Of a stretch of DNA of 64,000 nucleotides, positions 28,573-38,217 are shown piece by piece. A program made the translations under genes and the position numbers. This DNA is from Candidatus Thorarchaeota archaeon (GTDB lineage: Archaea > Asgardarchaeota > Thorarchaeia > Thorarchaeales > Thorarchaeaceae): the NCBI GenBank assembly GCA_011364905.1, contig RDNZ01000009.1:1-64000 (forward strand), read 5' to 3'. Every line of letters begins with the position of its first letter. The stretch's first letter is position 1. Under the pieces are notes generated by a model that had not been told where the DNA came from, did not search any database, and saw only the letters and a program-made list of their open reading frames with translations.

Positions 28573-29652
28573 TTGTGCTTGAGGATGAACATCGACATCG
28601 ATCTAGTTCCCAAGGCTCAGAGAAAGGAAAAGCCAACTGACGTTCTGCAAGTAGCATTTGGTACAGTCTTCTCTGACCACATGTTTTCAATGCGCTACAA
28701 TGGCTCAGAATGGACTGATGCAAGAATCCATCCGTATGGTCCTCTCTCATTGAGTCCTGCCGCCTTGTGTTTGCATTACGGTCAGGGTATCTTCGAGGGC
28801 ATGAAGGCTTACCGAAGAGGTGAAAGGATTCTTCTTTTTAGACCAGAGATGAACTTCAAGCGCCTAAATGTTTCAGCAACGCGAATGGTCATGCCCACTA
28901 TAGACCCTGACTTTGGTTTGCATTCATTGATGGAATTGATAAAAACCGATTCTGAATGGGTTCCGGAGGTTCCTGGAAGTTCCCTATACATTCGTCCGAC
29001 AATGATTGCAACTGAACCCAAGCTTGGTGTACGGCCATCATCTGAATATCTCTATTACATCATTCTTAGCCCGGTGGGGCCATATTTCAAGGAGGGTTTC
29101 AGTCCGGTTAAGATATATGTCAGCGACAAGTACGTCCGAGCAGTGAAGGGAGGAACAGGTGCAGCCAAAGCAATAGGGAACTATGCAGCTAGCCTACTAG
29201 CAGGAACTAATGCAGTCAAGGTAGGCTATTCGCAGGTACTCTGGCTCGATGCTCTTGAAAGAAAGTGGATTGAGGAAGTCGGGACGATGAACCTGTTTGT
29301 CCGATTCGACGATGAGGTTGTGACGCCACCACTTGCTGGGTCTATTCTCCCCGGAGTAACCCGCGACTCTGTTCTCACCCTTGTCAAGGATTACGGCCTA
29401 AAGCCAAATGAACGGATGATCTCTATTGACGAAGTCATTGAAGGGCTTAGTTCAGGAAAAGTGAAAGAAATATTCGGTTGTGGTACAGCTGCAATCATTG
29501 CTCCGGTAGGGTCTCTCTGGTACAAGGATAAACCATATGCTGTATCTAACGGTCAGACCGGAGAGTTGACTCAAAGGCTATTCGAAGACCTAATAGCCAT
29601 TCAATCTGGCGAACTGGAAGATACTCATGGTTGGGTAGTACCAGTGGAATAA
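28573..29652 (+). CDS. ilvE: Branched-chain amino acid aminotransferase
   Basis: LHYGQGIFEGMKAY, LYIRP, AK..GNYA, EEVGTMN, ILPGVTRDS, GTAA. Confidence 0.95.
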   Translation: MCLRMNIDIDLVPKAQRKEKPTDVLQVAFGTVFSDHMFSMRYNGSEWTDARIHPYGPLSLSPAALCLHYGQGIFEGMKAYRRGERILLFRPEMNFKRLNVSATRMVMPTIDPDFGLHSLMELIKTDSEWVPEVPGSSLYIRPTMIATEPKLGVRPSSEYLYYIILSPVGPYFKEGFSPVKIYVSDKYVRAVKGGTGAAKAIGNYAASLLAGTNAVKVGYSQVLWLDALERKWIEEVGTMNLFVRFDDEVVTPPLAGSILPGVTRDSVLTLVKDYGLKPNERMISIDEVIEGLSSGKVKEIFGCGTAAIIAPVGSLWYKDKPYAVSNGQTGELTQRLFEDLIAIQSGELEDTHGWVVPVE

Positions 29653-29665
29653 ACACACTGACAGT

Positions 29666-30082
29666 CTAATCGTATCCGAGCTCTTCTCGTTCAGCATCTG
29701 AAACATCAGGTTCCTCAGAGTCCAGAGTATCCCAAGCAGGAGGCGGATCTTCAGATACATCCGCAGAGGGTGGTTCCGGTATGTCTGGTTCATCGAATGT
29801 AGACTCCGTAGGAAATTCAATCTCCTCCTCCTCCTCCTCTTCTTCTTCTTCTTCCTCCTCCTCCTCTTCGTCTATATCCTGCAACCTGAATTCTGCTACT
29901 AGTTTTCCTTCCTCAATCTTTTCGAGAAGCATTCTGAATATCCTTTCAACAACTTTACTGCGTCCTTTTGCTTCGAATTCGATATTGCCGATTCCGAATT
30001 CAACCTCACAATAGTCTGTTTTCTTCCCTTTCTTCTGTTCTTTGCCGGACTCTACTTTTTCTTCCTCTGACACAGCATTCAC
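29666..30082 (-). CDS. Hypothetical protein with poly-Glu acidic tail
   Basis: Small beta-beta-alpha domain followed by a long poly-E run (TCC/TCT triplets 29823-29867). Confidence 0.65.
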   Translation of the reverse strand: MNAVSEEEKVESGKEQKKGKKTDYCEVEFGIGNIEFEAKGRSKVVERIFRMLLEKIEEGKLVAEFRLQDIDEEEEEEEEEEEEEEEEIEFPTESTFDEPDIPEPPSADVSEDPPPAWDTLDSEEPDVSDAEREELGYD

Positions 30083-30173
30083 CCTATCGGCTTGTAGGAC
30101 TTGAGACCTAATAAAACGTATAGTTGGTCCGAAGCATTTTAGTGCAGAATTGTATGAATGACACGGTGTCGAG

Positions 30174-30683
30174 GTGTTAATCCTGCCATCGCAGCTAGTT
30201 GTTGACTATACAAAATGTACTGGGTGCCGGATTTGTGAGCTTGCTTGCACAGCAAAGAAGGAAGGTCGGTTCCAACCAAGTCTTGCTAGGCTCAAGATTG
30301 TTCGATATGACGATCTTGGGATTGACCTACCAAATGTTTGTGGACCCTGCGAAACCGCACCATGTGTTGATATCTGCCCTGTTTATGCTATTCGACGAGA
30401 CCCAATCTCTAAGATGACATTCCTCGACAATGACAGGTGCATACTTTGCAAGTCTTGTGTTGGAGCATGTGTAAACGGTGTCATTCTCTTAGACACCAAA
30501 AGGATGAGGATTATCAAGTGTGATCATTGTGGAGGAGACCCTGAGTGTGCTAAGGCATGCCCGACTGGAGCGATATCATATTCACATGTTTCCGTTGCCC
30601 CATCCTTAGATAGACATGATAAAATCTCGAGTTACCTTCGAGAGATAGAACGAACAGCTCAAGAGTCCGGCGGAGCTGAGTAA
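30174..30683 (+). CDS. 4Fe-4S dicluster ferredoxin-like subunit of AOR
   Basis: CTGCRICELAC, CGPC..APCV.ICP, CILCKSCVGAC, KCDHC.GDP.C.K.CP. Confidence 0.92.
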   Translation: MLILPSQLVVDYTKCTGCRICELACTAKKEGRFQPSLARLKIVRYDDLGIDLPNVCGPCETAPCVDICPVYAIRRDPISKMTFLDNDRCILCKSCVGACVNGVILLDTKRMRIIKCDHCGGDPECAKACPTGAISYSHVSVAPSLDRHDKISSYLREIERTAQESGGAE

Positions 30684-30684
30684 A

Positions 30685-32577
30685 TTGAGTCTAGGTGGCT
30701 ATAACGGTAAGATCCTGCGTGTCAACCTGAGTGACGGCAGCTTCGAAGTGGACCCTCTTCCCAAATCTTGGGTCAAGGACTATATCGGCGGTGATGGATT
30801 CGGAGTCAAACTCCTTTTTGAGGAGGTGCCGGGTGGTACTGATCCTTTAAGTGCTGATAACAAGCTAATAATTGGTACTGGGCCGATTACAGGCACAATG
30901 TGGCCAATGAGCGGACGAACCGTTTTCATTTCAAAAGCACCTCTCACAGGAATTTGGGGTGAAAGCCACGTTGGAGGTTTTCTAGGTCCCGAACTGAAGT
31001 ACGCAGGATACGACATGCTTGTTGTGGAAGGAAAAGCCGAACATCCGGTCTACATTCGCATTGAAGATACTCATCTTGAATTATGCGAGGCTTCACATTT
31101 ATGGGGGTCGACAACCGACCAGACTACTATTAACATCAAAAAAGCTCATCATGACCCGGATATTCAGGTGGCAGCCATAGGTCCTGCTGGTGAGCGCCTT
31201 GTACGGTTCGCCTCGGTAATAGTAAATCATGCACGGGCTGCTGGACGTACTGGAATGGGCTCTGTACTAGGCTCAAAGAATGTGAAAGCAATCGCGATTC
31301 GTGGTCATGGAGGAGTTGATGTGTATGATCATGAGGGTTTCTTTGAGCTCGCAAAAAAGGCTCATCGTCGAGTGCGCGAGAATCCACAAGCAAGAGAGAT
31401 GGGTAAATGGGGGACTTGGATTCTTACTGCGGTCAAACAGGAAATTGGAGAGTTACCCACATACAACCATCGGACAGGAGTTTTTCCCGGATTTGAGAAG
31501 TTGACCGGAGATTACATTCGACCAAGATTCACTATATCTGATAGGGCTTGTTTCGGATGTAGTCTTGGTTGCAAGAAAGTAAACTATGTTAAAACTGGTC
31601 CATTCGCTGGGACACTTGAAGAGGGTCCTGAATATGAGGGCTTGATGGCTTTTGGTAGTTCATTGGGAATCGACGACTATGCTACCACCCTAAAGGCAAA
31701 TCAGATTTGCAACCGATATGGAATGGACATCATTTCAGCAGGTGCGACTATCGGTTTTGCCATTGAGGCTTTCGAGAATGGCGTGATCACCGAGAAGGAC
31801 ACAGGTGGCCTCAAGCTTGAGTGGGGCAACAGAGAACAGGCAATTCACCTTCTTGAGATGATCGCAGCCCGTCAAGAGTTTGGAAACCTTCTCGCTGAGG
31901 GAAGCAAGCGTGCCGCAGAGTCGATTGGGAAAGGTGCTGGCAAGTACGCAATGCATGTGAAAGGGTTAGAGGTATCTGGTCAGGATGGTCGCACACATCG
32001 AAGCATCGGTCTTGGACATGCAACTGCCGCGCGAGGCGCTGACCATCTTCGAAGCCTAGTAGTGGTGGATCAATTAGGCTATGAGGATGTTGCTGCAAAA
32101 CGTTGGGGCGCTGATAAACTTCCTGAGATTATAGACCCTTACACTGAGAAATACAAGGCCACTGCGGTTGTTGAAAGCGAAAATGCCTACTGTATAAGGG
32201 ACACTCTGATTGTCTGCTGGTATTCCGTTTCATGGCCTCCTATATTTTGGATGGAGGATTTCGCTGAGATGTTGCCCTTCGCAACAGGTGTGAAGCATTT
32301 TGGAAGTGTTAAGAATCTGACAGAGATTGCTGAACGTGTGGTCACGATGAAACGCCTTTTCAACAAACGTGAGGGAATAACACGAAGGGATGACAATCTT
32401 CCAGACAGGTTCACAAAGGAACCAATGCCTGAAGGACCAGGAAAAGGCCAGACTGTAGACCTCGATCCAATGCTTGATGACTATTACAGACTTCGCGGTT
32501 GGGACCTGAAAACAGGTTTGCCTACAGAAGAAACCATCAAAAGACTCTCATTGGAGTGGACAAAAGCCCACTCCTAA
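30685..32577 (+). CDS. aor: Tungsten-containing aldehyde:ferredoxin oxidoreductase family protein
   Basis: SKAPLTG, AGRTGMGSVLGSKNVKAI, C.GC.LGC, EYE, D.IS, RGADH, YY.LRGWD. Confidence 0.93.
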   Translation: MSLGGYNGKILRVNLSDGSFEVDPLPKSWVKDYIGGDGFGVKLLFEEVPGGTDPLSADNKLIIGTGPITGTMWPMSGRTVFISKAPLTGIWGESHVGGFLGPELKYAGYDMLVVEGKAEHPVYIRIEDTHLELCEASHLWGSTTDQTTINIKKAHHDPDIQVAAIGPAGERLVRFASVIVNHARAAGRTGMGSVLGSKNVKAIAIRGHGGVDVYDHEGFFELAKKAHRRVRENPQAREMGKWGTWILTAVKQEIGELPTYNHRTGVFPGFEKLTGDYIRPRFTISDRACFGCSLGCKKVNYVKTGPFAGTLEEGPEYEGLMAFGSSLGIDDYATTLKANQICNRYGMDIISAGATIGFAIEAFENGVITEKDTGGLKLEWGNREQAIHLLEMIAARQEFGNLLAEGSKRAAESIGKGAGKYAMHVKGLEVSGQDGRTHRSIGLGHATAARGADHLRSLVVVDQLGYEDVAAKRWGADKLPEIIDPYTEKYKATAVVESENAYCIRDTLIVCWYSVSWPPIFWMEDFAEMLPFATGVKHFGSVKNLTEIAERVVTMKRLFNKREGITRRDDNLPDRFTKEPMPEGPGKGQTVDLDPMLDDYYRLRGWDLKTGLPTEETIKRLSLEWTKAHS

Positions 32578-32583
32578 CGAGGT

Positions 32584-33543
32584 TTACATTCTTACATAAT
32601 CTACTCTGTGGGTCGCACCACAGGCGGGACATGCGTACTGATCAGGACCTACCCAATCGATTTGCTCCCACGACATGGGTGCAGAGCAATGTGTACATCT
32701 GTCCTTGATGACTGGCTTAACAAACACTGTGCTACCGCCCGCATCACCAGCTGCTGTTTGCATATCATGAGTTGTTTCTTGCGCTACTGGAGTGCTTGTG
32801 ACTGTTGCGGAGTCACTGACTTGATACTGTGACAGCGGATGATGAGGTGTGATGTAGCTAAAGGGTCGAACCAACCAATCAAGGTGCTCTTTTGATATCG
32901 AGCTCCATGCACGGCTCTGCCATACCGTTAAGAGATGGTCTTGCCGTGGAACCCTGCCTCTAATTTTGAACTTCCCTGATGTCGCTTTGAGCTTAAGCTC
33001 ACGTCCCCTAGCTTCAAATGTTTCAACCATGTATAGCGGAAAGATGAACATCTTTCTTGCTCCAGAATCATACTGATACAATCTGTAGTTTGTGAGTACG
33101 AAGTTATCAGGAATATAGGTGAAAACTTCTTCGCCTTTGAGCCATGCAAAGGTCTGATAGAAATGTCTGGAAAATGGCCTATGAAAGCCAATCGAAACCC
33201 ATCTATTGTAAGGATGCTCTGGATGAACAAATGGAACACCACTGACTTCACAGATCTTTCTTTGGCCGCCAACTCGAAGATTGTCGAACTCGCGAAGCCC
33301 GAGTGCTGCGCGAAGTTCTTCCCTTCTAGGCATCGCTCCCACTAGGTTAATGATTCCGTTCGTAACCTTGCACATAGCAGAATTAGGAGTCAACTTGTAC
33401 TCCTTGATAATGTGCAATGGGATGCTTGCGCTGCTTCGTGATCCTCTATCGAATTGTATCCATCTGTAATTGGTCAGGATGTATTCCTGGTGTTGACTTA
33501 GGACACGTTCGTTCTCTATTGGAATGTATACCAGTGATGACAC
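32584..33543 (-). CDS. Tandem PH-like (bPH/GRAM/GLUE-like) domains plus C-terminal double CxxC Zn finger
   Basis: Internal repeat E.V....(Y/F).LTNYR..Q.D.G......PL..; CTHC...CPAC. Confidence 0.6.
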   Translation of the reverse strand: MSSLVYIPIENERVLSQHQEYILTNYRWIQFDRGSRSSASIPLHIIKEYKLTPNSAMCKVTNGIINLVGAMPRREELRAALGLREFDNLRVGGQRKICEVSGVPFVHPEHPYNRWVSIGFHRPFSRHFYQTFAWLKGEEVFTYIPDNFVLTNYRLYQYDSGARKMFIFPLYMVETFEARGRELKLKATSGKFKIRGRVPRQDHLLTVWQSRAWSSISKEHLDWLVRPFSYITPHHPLSQYQVSDSATVTSTPVAQETTHDMQTAAGDAGGSTVFVKPVIKDRCTHCSAPMSWEQIDWVGPDQYACPACGATHRVDYVRM

Positions 33544-33633
33544 TTCGATTTACACCAGCTATAGAATAATCTGAATGTGAAGGAAACTGTGTTTTGCCAA
33601 TTAAACCTTAGCCGTAGGGCCTTGAAGTAGGTC

Positions 33634-33936
33634 TTACTGCATGGACCGTGGCATCGTTTGCCTCGGTATCGATATATATAGAATATCATCGTATCCAAGG
33701 ACTCCATAACCACTTGGATTCTCCAATCTCACGTGGTCATCATAGACGTCTTGAACTCTCACGTTCGGTATTTTTGCAAGTGTGTCTCGTTGCTGATAAC
33801 GCAGATACACTGTAAATGCTTGGCCAGTCGTTTTCAAATCTTGAAAAATGCTCCTCCAGTCTGTCACTCTTGATTTCCTCCTGTATGTGGATGAAGGTGG
33901 CTGAGCTTTTAATACTTGCTGCTTCGGAAACCTCAA
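33634..33936 (-). CDS. Small hypothetical protein (possible Sm/Hfq-like beta barrel)
   Basis: Helix followed by about five short beta strands ending DDILYISI. Confidence 0.5.
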   Translation of the reverse strand: MRFPKQQVLKAQPPSSTYRRKSRVTDWRSIFQDLKTTGQAFTVYLRYQQRDTLAKIPNVRVQDVYDDHVRLENPSGYGVLGYDDILYISIPRQTMPRSMQ

Positions 33937-34395
33937 TCACAGCAGACCATCCTTTGTCAGGTGTGGTCGAAGTCCCAATCTACTAAATGCTCGACAGAGA
34001 ATCTCATCCAGAGGCTCATCAATGTTGCTCTTGAATATATGGGCTGAACACCCTTTTCTGCAATCAGATGACCCAAATCTTTGAGGTCCAGGGTCGAAGG
34101 TTTCAGATGATGAAATCCTATGAGCGAGATCACATTCCATGTGTTTTGGACTCTCAGCCCAGATTGCATATGACAGCTTGACATTTGCTGAAAGAAGATA
34201 ATCAATGTGCCAGTAAATTGCTTTTTCCTTCCTGAAATGCCTGAGTAGTCTGTTCTCAAGACTAGTGGATCCACCCCCCATAGCTGATCCTACGTAAAGC
34301 CATGTACCTGGTTGAAATGTGAGATGTCCCAGTGATTTAATGTTGACTTCAGTTGGGGCTTTAATCATTATGACCAGAACATATACTCCCTTCAA
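33937..34395 (-). CDS. GIY-YIG (Uri superfamily, DUF123-like) nuclease
   Basis: GVY.L, YVGSA, R..RH, WHIDYL, FGSSDC..GC..H. Confidence 0.88.
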   Translation of the reverse strand: MKGVYVLVIMIKAPTEVNIKSLGHLTFQPGTWLYVGSAMGGGSTSLENRLLRHFRKEKAIYWHIDYLLSANVKLSYAIWAESPKHMECDLAHRISSSETFDPGPQRFGSSDCRKGCSAHIFKSNIDEPLDEILCRAFSRLGLRPHLTKDGLL

Positions 34396-34478
34396 GAGTA
34401 AACCTCGATGTTCTTTCTAGGTCCGGAGCTTGATTTAGTGTTTGCTGTCGGTGGCACTCATAGACGATATTGTCATAA

Positions 34479-35456
34479 GTGTTGGAAGAACATTCTCAAT
34501 CAACCATGGCGTCATCTGAGATTATTCCTGGAATCCACGTAGTAAGGGGCAAGTTTGCAGGCGAGTTTGGATTCATAGCCAGTTACCTAGTAGTAGACTC
34601 AGGAGAGGTTCTTGTTCTTGACCCAGGGACTGCTGGTGATCCTGGAGACCGACTTGAAAAGGCAATTCGGAACTTGGGACTTGATCCTAAGAACGACGTG
34701 GTGGGAATTCTCTGCACCCACGGTCATCCTGATCATGCAGCTGGTGCTGGCCGTCTGAAAAGAGCAACTGGTGCTCCTATACTGATTCATCAAGACGATG
34801 CAGAGCTTCTTCAAACTCCAGCTAAGTTTCTTAATGAACGACTTATGATGGACAAGGCCGAACGGTTTTCAATGAAGTTCGACAAAGGACCGCTCAGAGT
34901 CAATTATCGAGGAGTAGAAGCTGATGAGCTTATTACTCATGGCCAGAATGTCCCGGTAGGCGAAACAAATCTAAAGGTAATTCATACAGGTGGCCATTCA
35001 GCTGGTCACTGTGCCTTCTATGACGCAACAAGCAAGTCTTTGTTCTCAGGAGATGAAGTGAACAACTTTCCCAATGATTCTCGCAAGTTCTATGTTGATA
35101 ATACAGGGAGCATTGTTTCGAAGCTAGCCGCCCTGGACGTTTTATCAAAACTTGGAGCTGATTATCTCTTCCCATCTCATGATACACCGCACCTTTTCGC
35201 AGATGTCCGTCTTCAGTTTGAGGCTGCGAGAGATGGAGTTGTGCATCTTCAAGACACATTACTAACTCTTCTGAGCGCAAGGGGTGAAGCTGATGTTGAA
35301 CAACTGGTTTTTGACATGAAGCAGGCACGAAGTGTTCCCATCCCAGAGAGTTATGATGCTCTAGTCACGACAACCACATATGTGACACTTATGGGACTAA
35401 AGGAAGCTGGATTGATACGTGAGCTTGGAAATGGCATCTGGACCAAAGTTGGATAG
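34479..35456 (+). CDS. MBL-fold metallo-hydrolase
   Basis: THGHPDHAAG, GHSAGH, FSGD, PSHD. Confidence 0.9.
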   Translation: MLEEHSQSTMASSEIIPGIHVVRGKFAGEFGFIASYLVVDSGEVLVLDPGTAGDPGDRLEKAIRNLGLDPKNDVVGILCTHGHPDHAAGAGRLKRATGAPILIHQDDAELLQTPAKFLNERLMMDKAERFSMKFDKGPLRVNYRGVEADELITHGQNVPVGETNLKVIHTGGHSAGHCAFYDATSKSLFSGDEVNNFPNDSRKFYVDNTGSIVSKLAALDVLSKLGADYLFPSHDTPHLFADVRLQFEAARDGVVHLQDTLLTLLSARGEADVEQLVFDMKQARSVPIPESYDALVTTTTYVTLMGLKEAGLIRELGNGIWTKVG

Positions 35457-35538
35457 CTGCGCGAGCTAGATTCAAATGATTGCGTTATTGTTGTGAAACG
35501 ATTCTCATCTCTCATGTTATGAAAGGGAGAGGTCTACT

Positions 35539-38217
35539 ATGTCTGATAGAAGAGATGCGCAAGCACCAAGCACGGTTGAAGCCATTCGAATGGCATCTGC
35601 ATCCGTATTAGGGACATCAACAGGGCTTGGTTATCCGGTTGGAAGCGCAATTGGCGCTGGTACAATGCTTGAACAGCATTCTGAGTCTGTTTCCATGAAC
35701 ATCGTACCATTGATCTTCAATATCCGTGATACTCTAATGTCATCAGAAGGATTGGAACTTCTCTCAATAGAATATGACCTTGATAGAACTCCGGGTCCGG
35801 AAGTACTTCCTGAACAACTGGTCATAGCTGGAGGTGTCGAAGGCGGAGTCGGTTCTCATGTCTGTGTCCTAAGCTGGGAGAAAGGAGTTGTTGATCCTTT
35901 CAAGATCAATGATTACATGAAGGTCCTGTCCAAAAAGATTGCAGACATAGAAAGTGCTGTGATTAACAATCAGCTGAACTATGAATTTGAAGGTCTCCCA
36001 GTCATGAGTAATTTTGCACACCGCCTAAACAGTGTCTTGTTTGTCGACATGCTTGACCGTCGATTTCAGGGGTCTTGGGATTCCTTGCAGGTAAAGCCGG
36101 ATCATGTCGATATTGACCTAATTGCCAAAATGGCTGTCACTGATGATTTTACACTCCAGCCTCCGGGGCTCAGAGTTGTTGGACGAAAGACCCTTGAGTT
36201 CAAGCTTCCAAACGAGCCAGATGAACGACTTGTCGCTCACTTTAAACGACGTATTTTGACACCGAGTGCCATAGAAACTTTGACCAAGGTTGTTCCCGAA
36301 ACCGGTCAAGCTCTTCTGCAGGAACTCAACTATTACGCCTATGCTACGGAGGAGTCAGAAATTGTAGATGGCGTTGTAAGTGCACTAGGCTCTTTTCTCG
36401 GTCAGACTATGGTGTCACTAGCTGATATCGACTCTCTCAAACCTCGCATTAACGAGTTTGTAAAGATACTTGAAGAAACCGTTAACGAACTTGAGCATAT
36501 AGTTGAGAACCACCTTGGTTCAGGGAAATCACTCACGATTGATAACCACAGGAGTGAACTGATTTCTGCTGTTTCATCACACAGTGAACTGTCCTCTGGC
36601 ATAAAGAACACTCTTGCCATGGGGATAGTTGAACGATTAATGAATTCAGTTTCTCGAGAGTTCAGTGGACACGGGGAAATCCGTGCTTGGGAACTGAAAG
36701 GAACCCTGAGGTATGCTATTGCCTATGCCAAAAGAGTCTCTCAATATTTCTCGAGGGAGCTAAACCAATACCTTGTTACGAATGCCGCAAAGAAGGCATT
36801 CTTCACTGCTCTTCAAGATTTTAAAAATGAAACAGTCGGGGGGGACATTAGTTCCACTGACATGACATTATTCGATCTCTTCTATGCTGAAGTCCAAGCT
36901 CAGCTTAACGCAGCCTTCGCCAAGGAAGCATTTGAGGGATCTGAGTATCGCGACTTCAAACAATTAATGGATGTCGTGACTCGACAACTGATAGAATCGT
37001 TCAAGACAATCGACATATGGGAGCTTATTGGGTTTGAGAAAGTAGCTGAAATTGCTGGATCTGAGATTCGACAGAAATATTCGATTCCAGAGAGCGAAGA
37101 ACTAACAGAGCATGGTAAAGCTCTGATAGTCCTTCTTGACAACTTCCAGGAACTGGTAGCTGATGTCATTCCTGATGTTGCTGACACTCTTCTTTCAAAA
37201 CCATTAATCCGTCGAATTATCGACAAGATGTTATCAGAACAGACTAGTCTAATACCTGAACTTGAAGCCGCAGTTGAAGGTGCAGGAGAGCGCCCTGATG
37301 AATGGAAAAAAGAAGCAATGGCTTGGGTTGCGAGCTTCAAAAGTGGCCTGAACGAATCGATGACAAGTTCTCAAGCTCTTCTTGCTTTATTGAATTCAAT
37401 TCATGAGATTGTTGGAGAAACAGTGACCCCGAGTGCTATGGTGGATCGCGCCAAGTTTGAAGCTGACCAGCGAGAGCAGATGTTCCTCGCAAAGGTACAG
37501 GAGTGGGAGGAGGTATGTCGGGTTCTTGAGGGTGAAAACGAAGCCATTAGGGCCCACAATGCAAAACGCGAGGAACTACTCACCGAGAAGACTCAGCAGT
37601 ATGAAGCAAAAATGCGTGAATATGAAACTGCACTCAGGGACTATATGGAAAAACTGGAGAAGTACAAAGCTGAGCAAGCTGAGCTGGCTGCCCAAGCCGC
37701 ACAAGCTGCTGAAGTTGCAGAATCACCAATTCCGTCCACTCCGCCACCAGTTGTTACATCATCTCCTCCTCCAGTAGAACCTTCAAAACCTTCGCCCATA
37801 GATGCAGAGTTGGCTGAGATTCGGGCGCAATACCCCGTGAAAGAAGAAAAACCACTGCCTCCTAAACCAGAACCTGATCCCTCACTCAAGTTCTTTGTTG
37901 AATTGCGAGACCTGTTGCAGGGTAGACTCGATCAATTGAGGGAACGAGAGAAAGACATGGAAACGACATTTGCACGAAGGGTTCTAAGACTTCAAGCTGA
38001 AGGAATTGGTGCAGCTTCAATGATTGGACTCGATATAGGTGATGAGTTCGTGGAATACCTCATGGGTTCAAAAGTTCGGAGTCTTGGAAAGTTACTTCCT
38101 CGGGTTGCACGCATGTATCTCAGAGACCCACAAGAAGAGGGATTACTGTACCTTGTAACATTTGAACACCATGCAGGCGAGTTGACTGTATCAGTAGGGA
38201 ACACATACTTGAGGTGA
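35539..38217 (+). CDS. Large hypothetical protein (helical core, coiled coil, Pro-rich insert)
   Basis: 892-aa uninterrupted ORF; SD gaggt; no family recognised. Confidence 0.8.
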   Translation: MSDRRDAQAPSTVEAIRMASASVLGTSTGLGYPVGSAIGAGTMLEQHSESVSMNIVPLIFNIRDTLMSSEGLELLSIEYDLDRTPGPEVLPEQLVIAGGVEGGVGSHVCVLSWEKGVVDPFKINDYMKVLSKKIADIESAVINNQLNYEFEGLPVMSNFAHRLNSVLFVDMLDRRFQGSWDSLQVKPDHVDIDLIAKMAVTDDFTLQPPGLRVVGRKTLEFKLPNEPDERLVAHFKRRILTPSAIETLTKVVPETGQALLQELNYYAYATEESEIVDGVVSALGSFLGQTMVSLADIDSLKPRINEFVKILEETVNELEHIVENHLGSGKSLTIDNHRSELISAVSSHSELSSGIKNTLAMGIVERLMNSVSREFSGHGEIRAWELKGTLRYAIAYAKRVSQYFSRELNQYLVTNAAKKAFFTALQDFKNETVGGDISSTDMTLFDLFYAEVQAQLNAAFAKEAFEGSEYRDFKQLMDVVTRQLIESFKTIDIWELIGFEKVAEIAGSEIRQKYSIPESEELTEHGKALIVLLDNFQELVADVIPDVADTLLSKPLIRRIIDKMLSEQTSLIPELEAAVEGAGERPDEWKKEAMAWVASFKSGLNESMTSSQALLALLNSIHEIVGETVTPSAMVDRAKFEADQREQMFLAKVQEWEEVCRVLEGENEAIRAHNAKREELLTEKTQQYEAKMREYETALRDYMEKLEKYKAEQAELAAQAAQAAEVAESPIPSTPPPVVTSSPPPVEPSKPSPIDAELAEIRAQYPVKEEKPLPPKPEPDPSLKFFVELRDLLQGRLDQLREREKDMETTFARRVLRLQAEGIGAASMIGLDIGDEFVEYLMGSKVRSLGKLLPRVARMYLRDPQEEGLLYLVTFEHHAGELTVSVGNTYLR

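Noticed and set aside
29823-29867. (TCC/TCT)n microsatellite as a contingency locus
   Set aside because: In-frame mixed GAG/GAA codons encoding poly-Glu; slippage would not change the frame
30174-32577. Selenocysteine (in-frame TGA) recoding in the redox genes
   Set aside because: The ferredoxin and AOR ORFs are full length without internal TGA; no SECIS could be supported
33937-34395. GIY-YIG gene as a homing endonuclease or mobile element
   Set aside because: It matches the housekeeping DUF123-like type; no intron/intein context or flanking repeats
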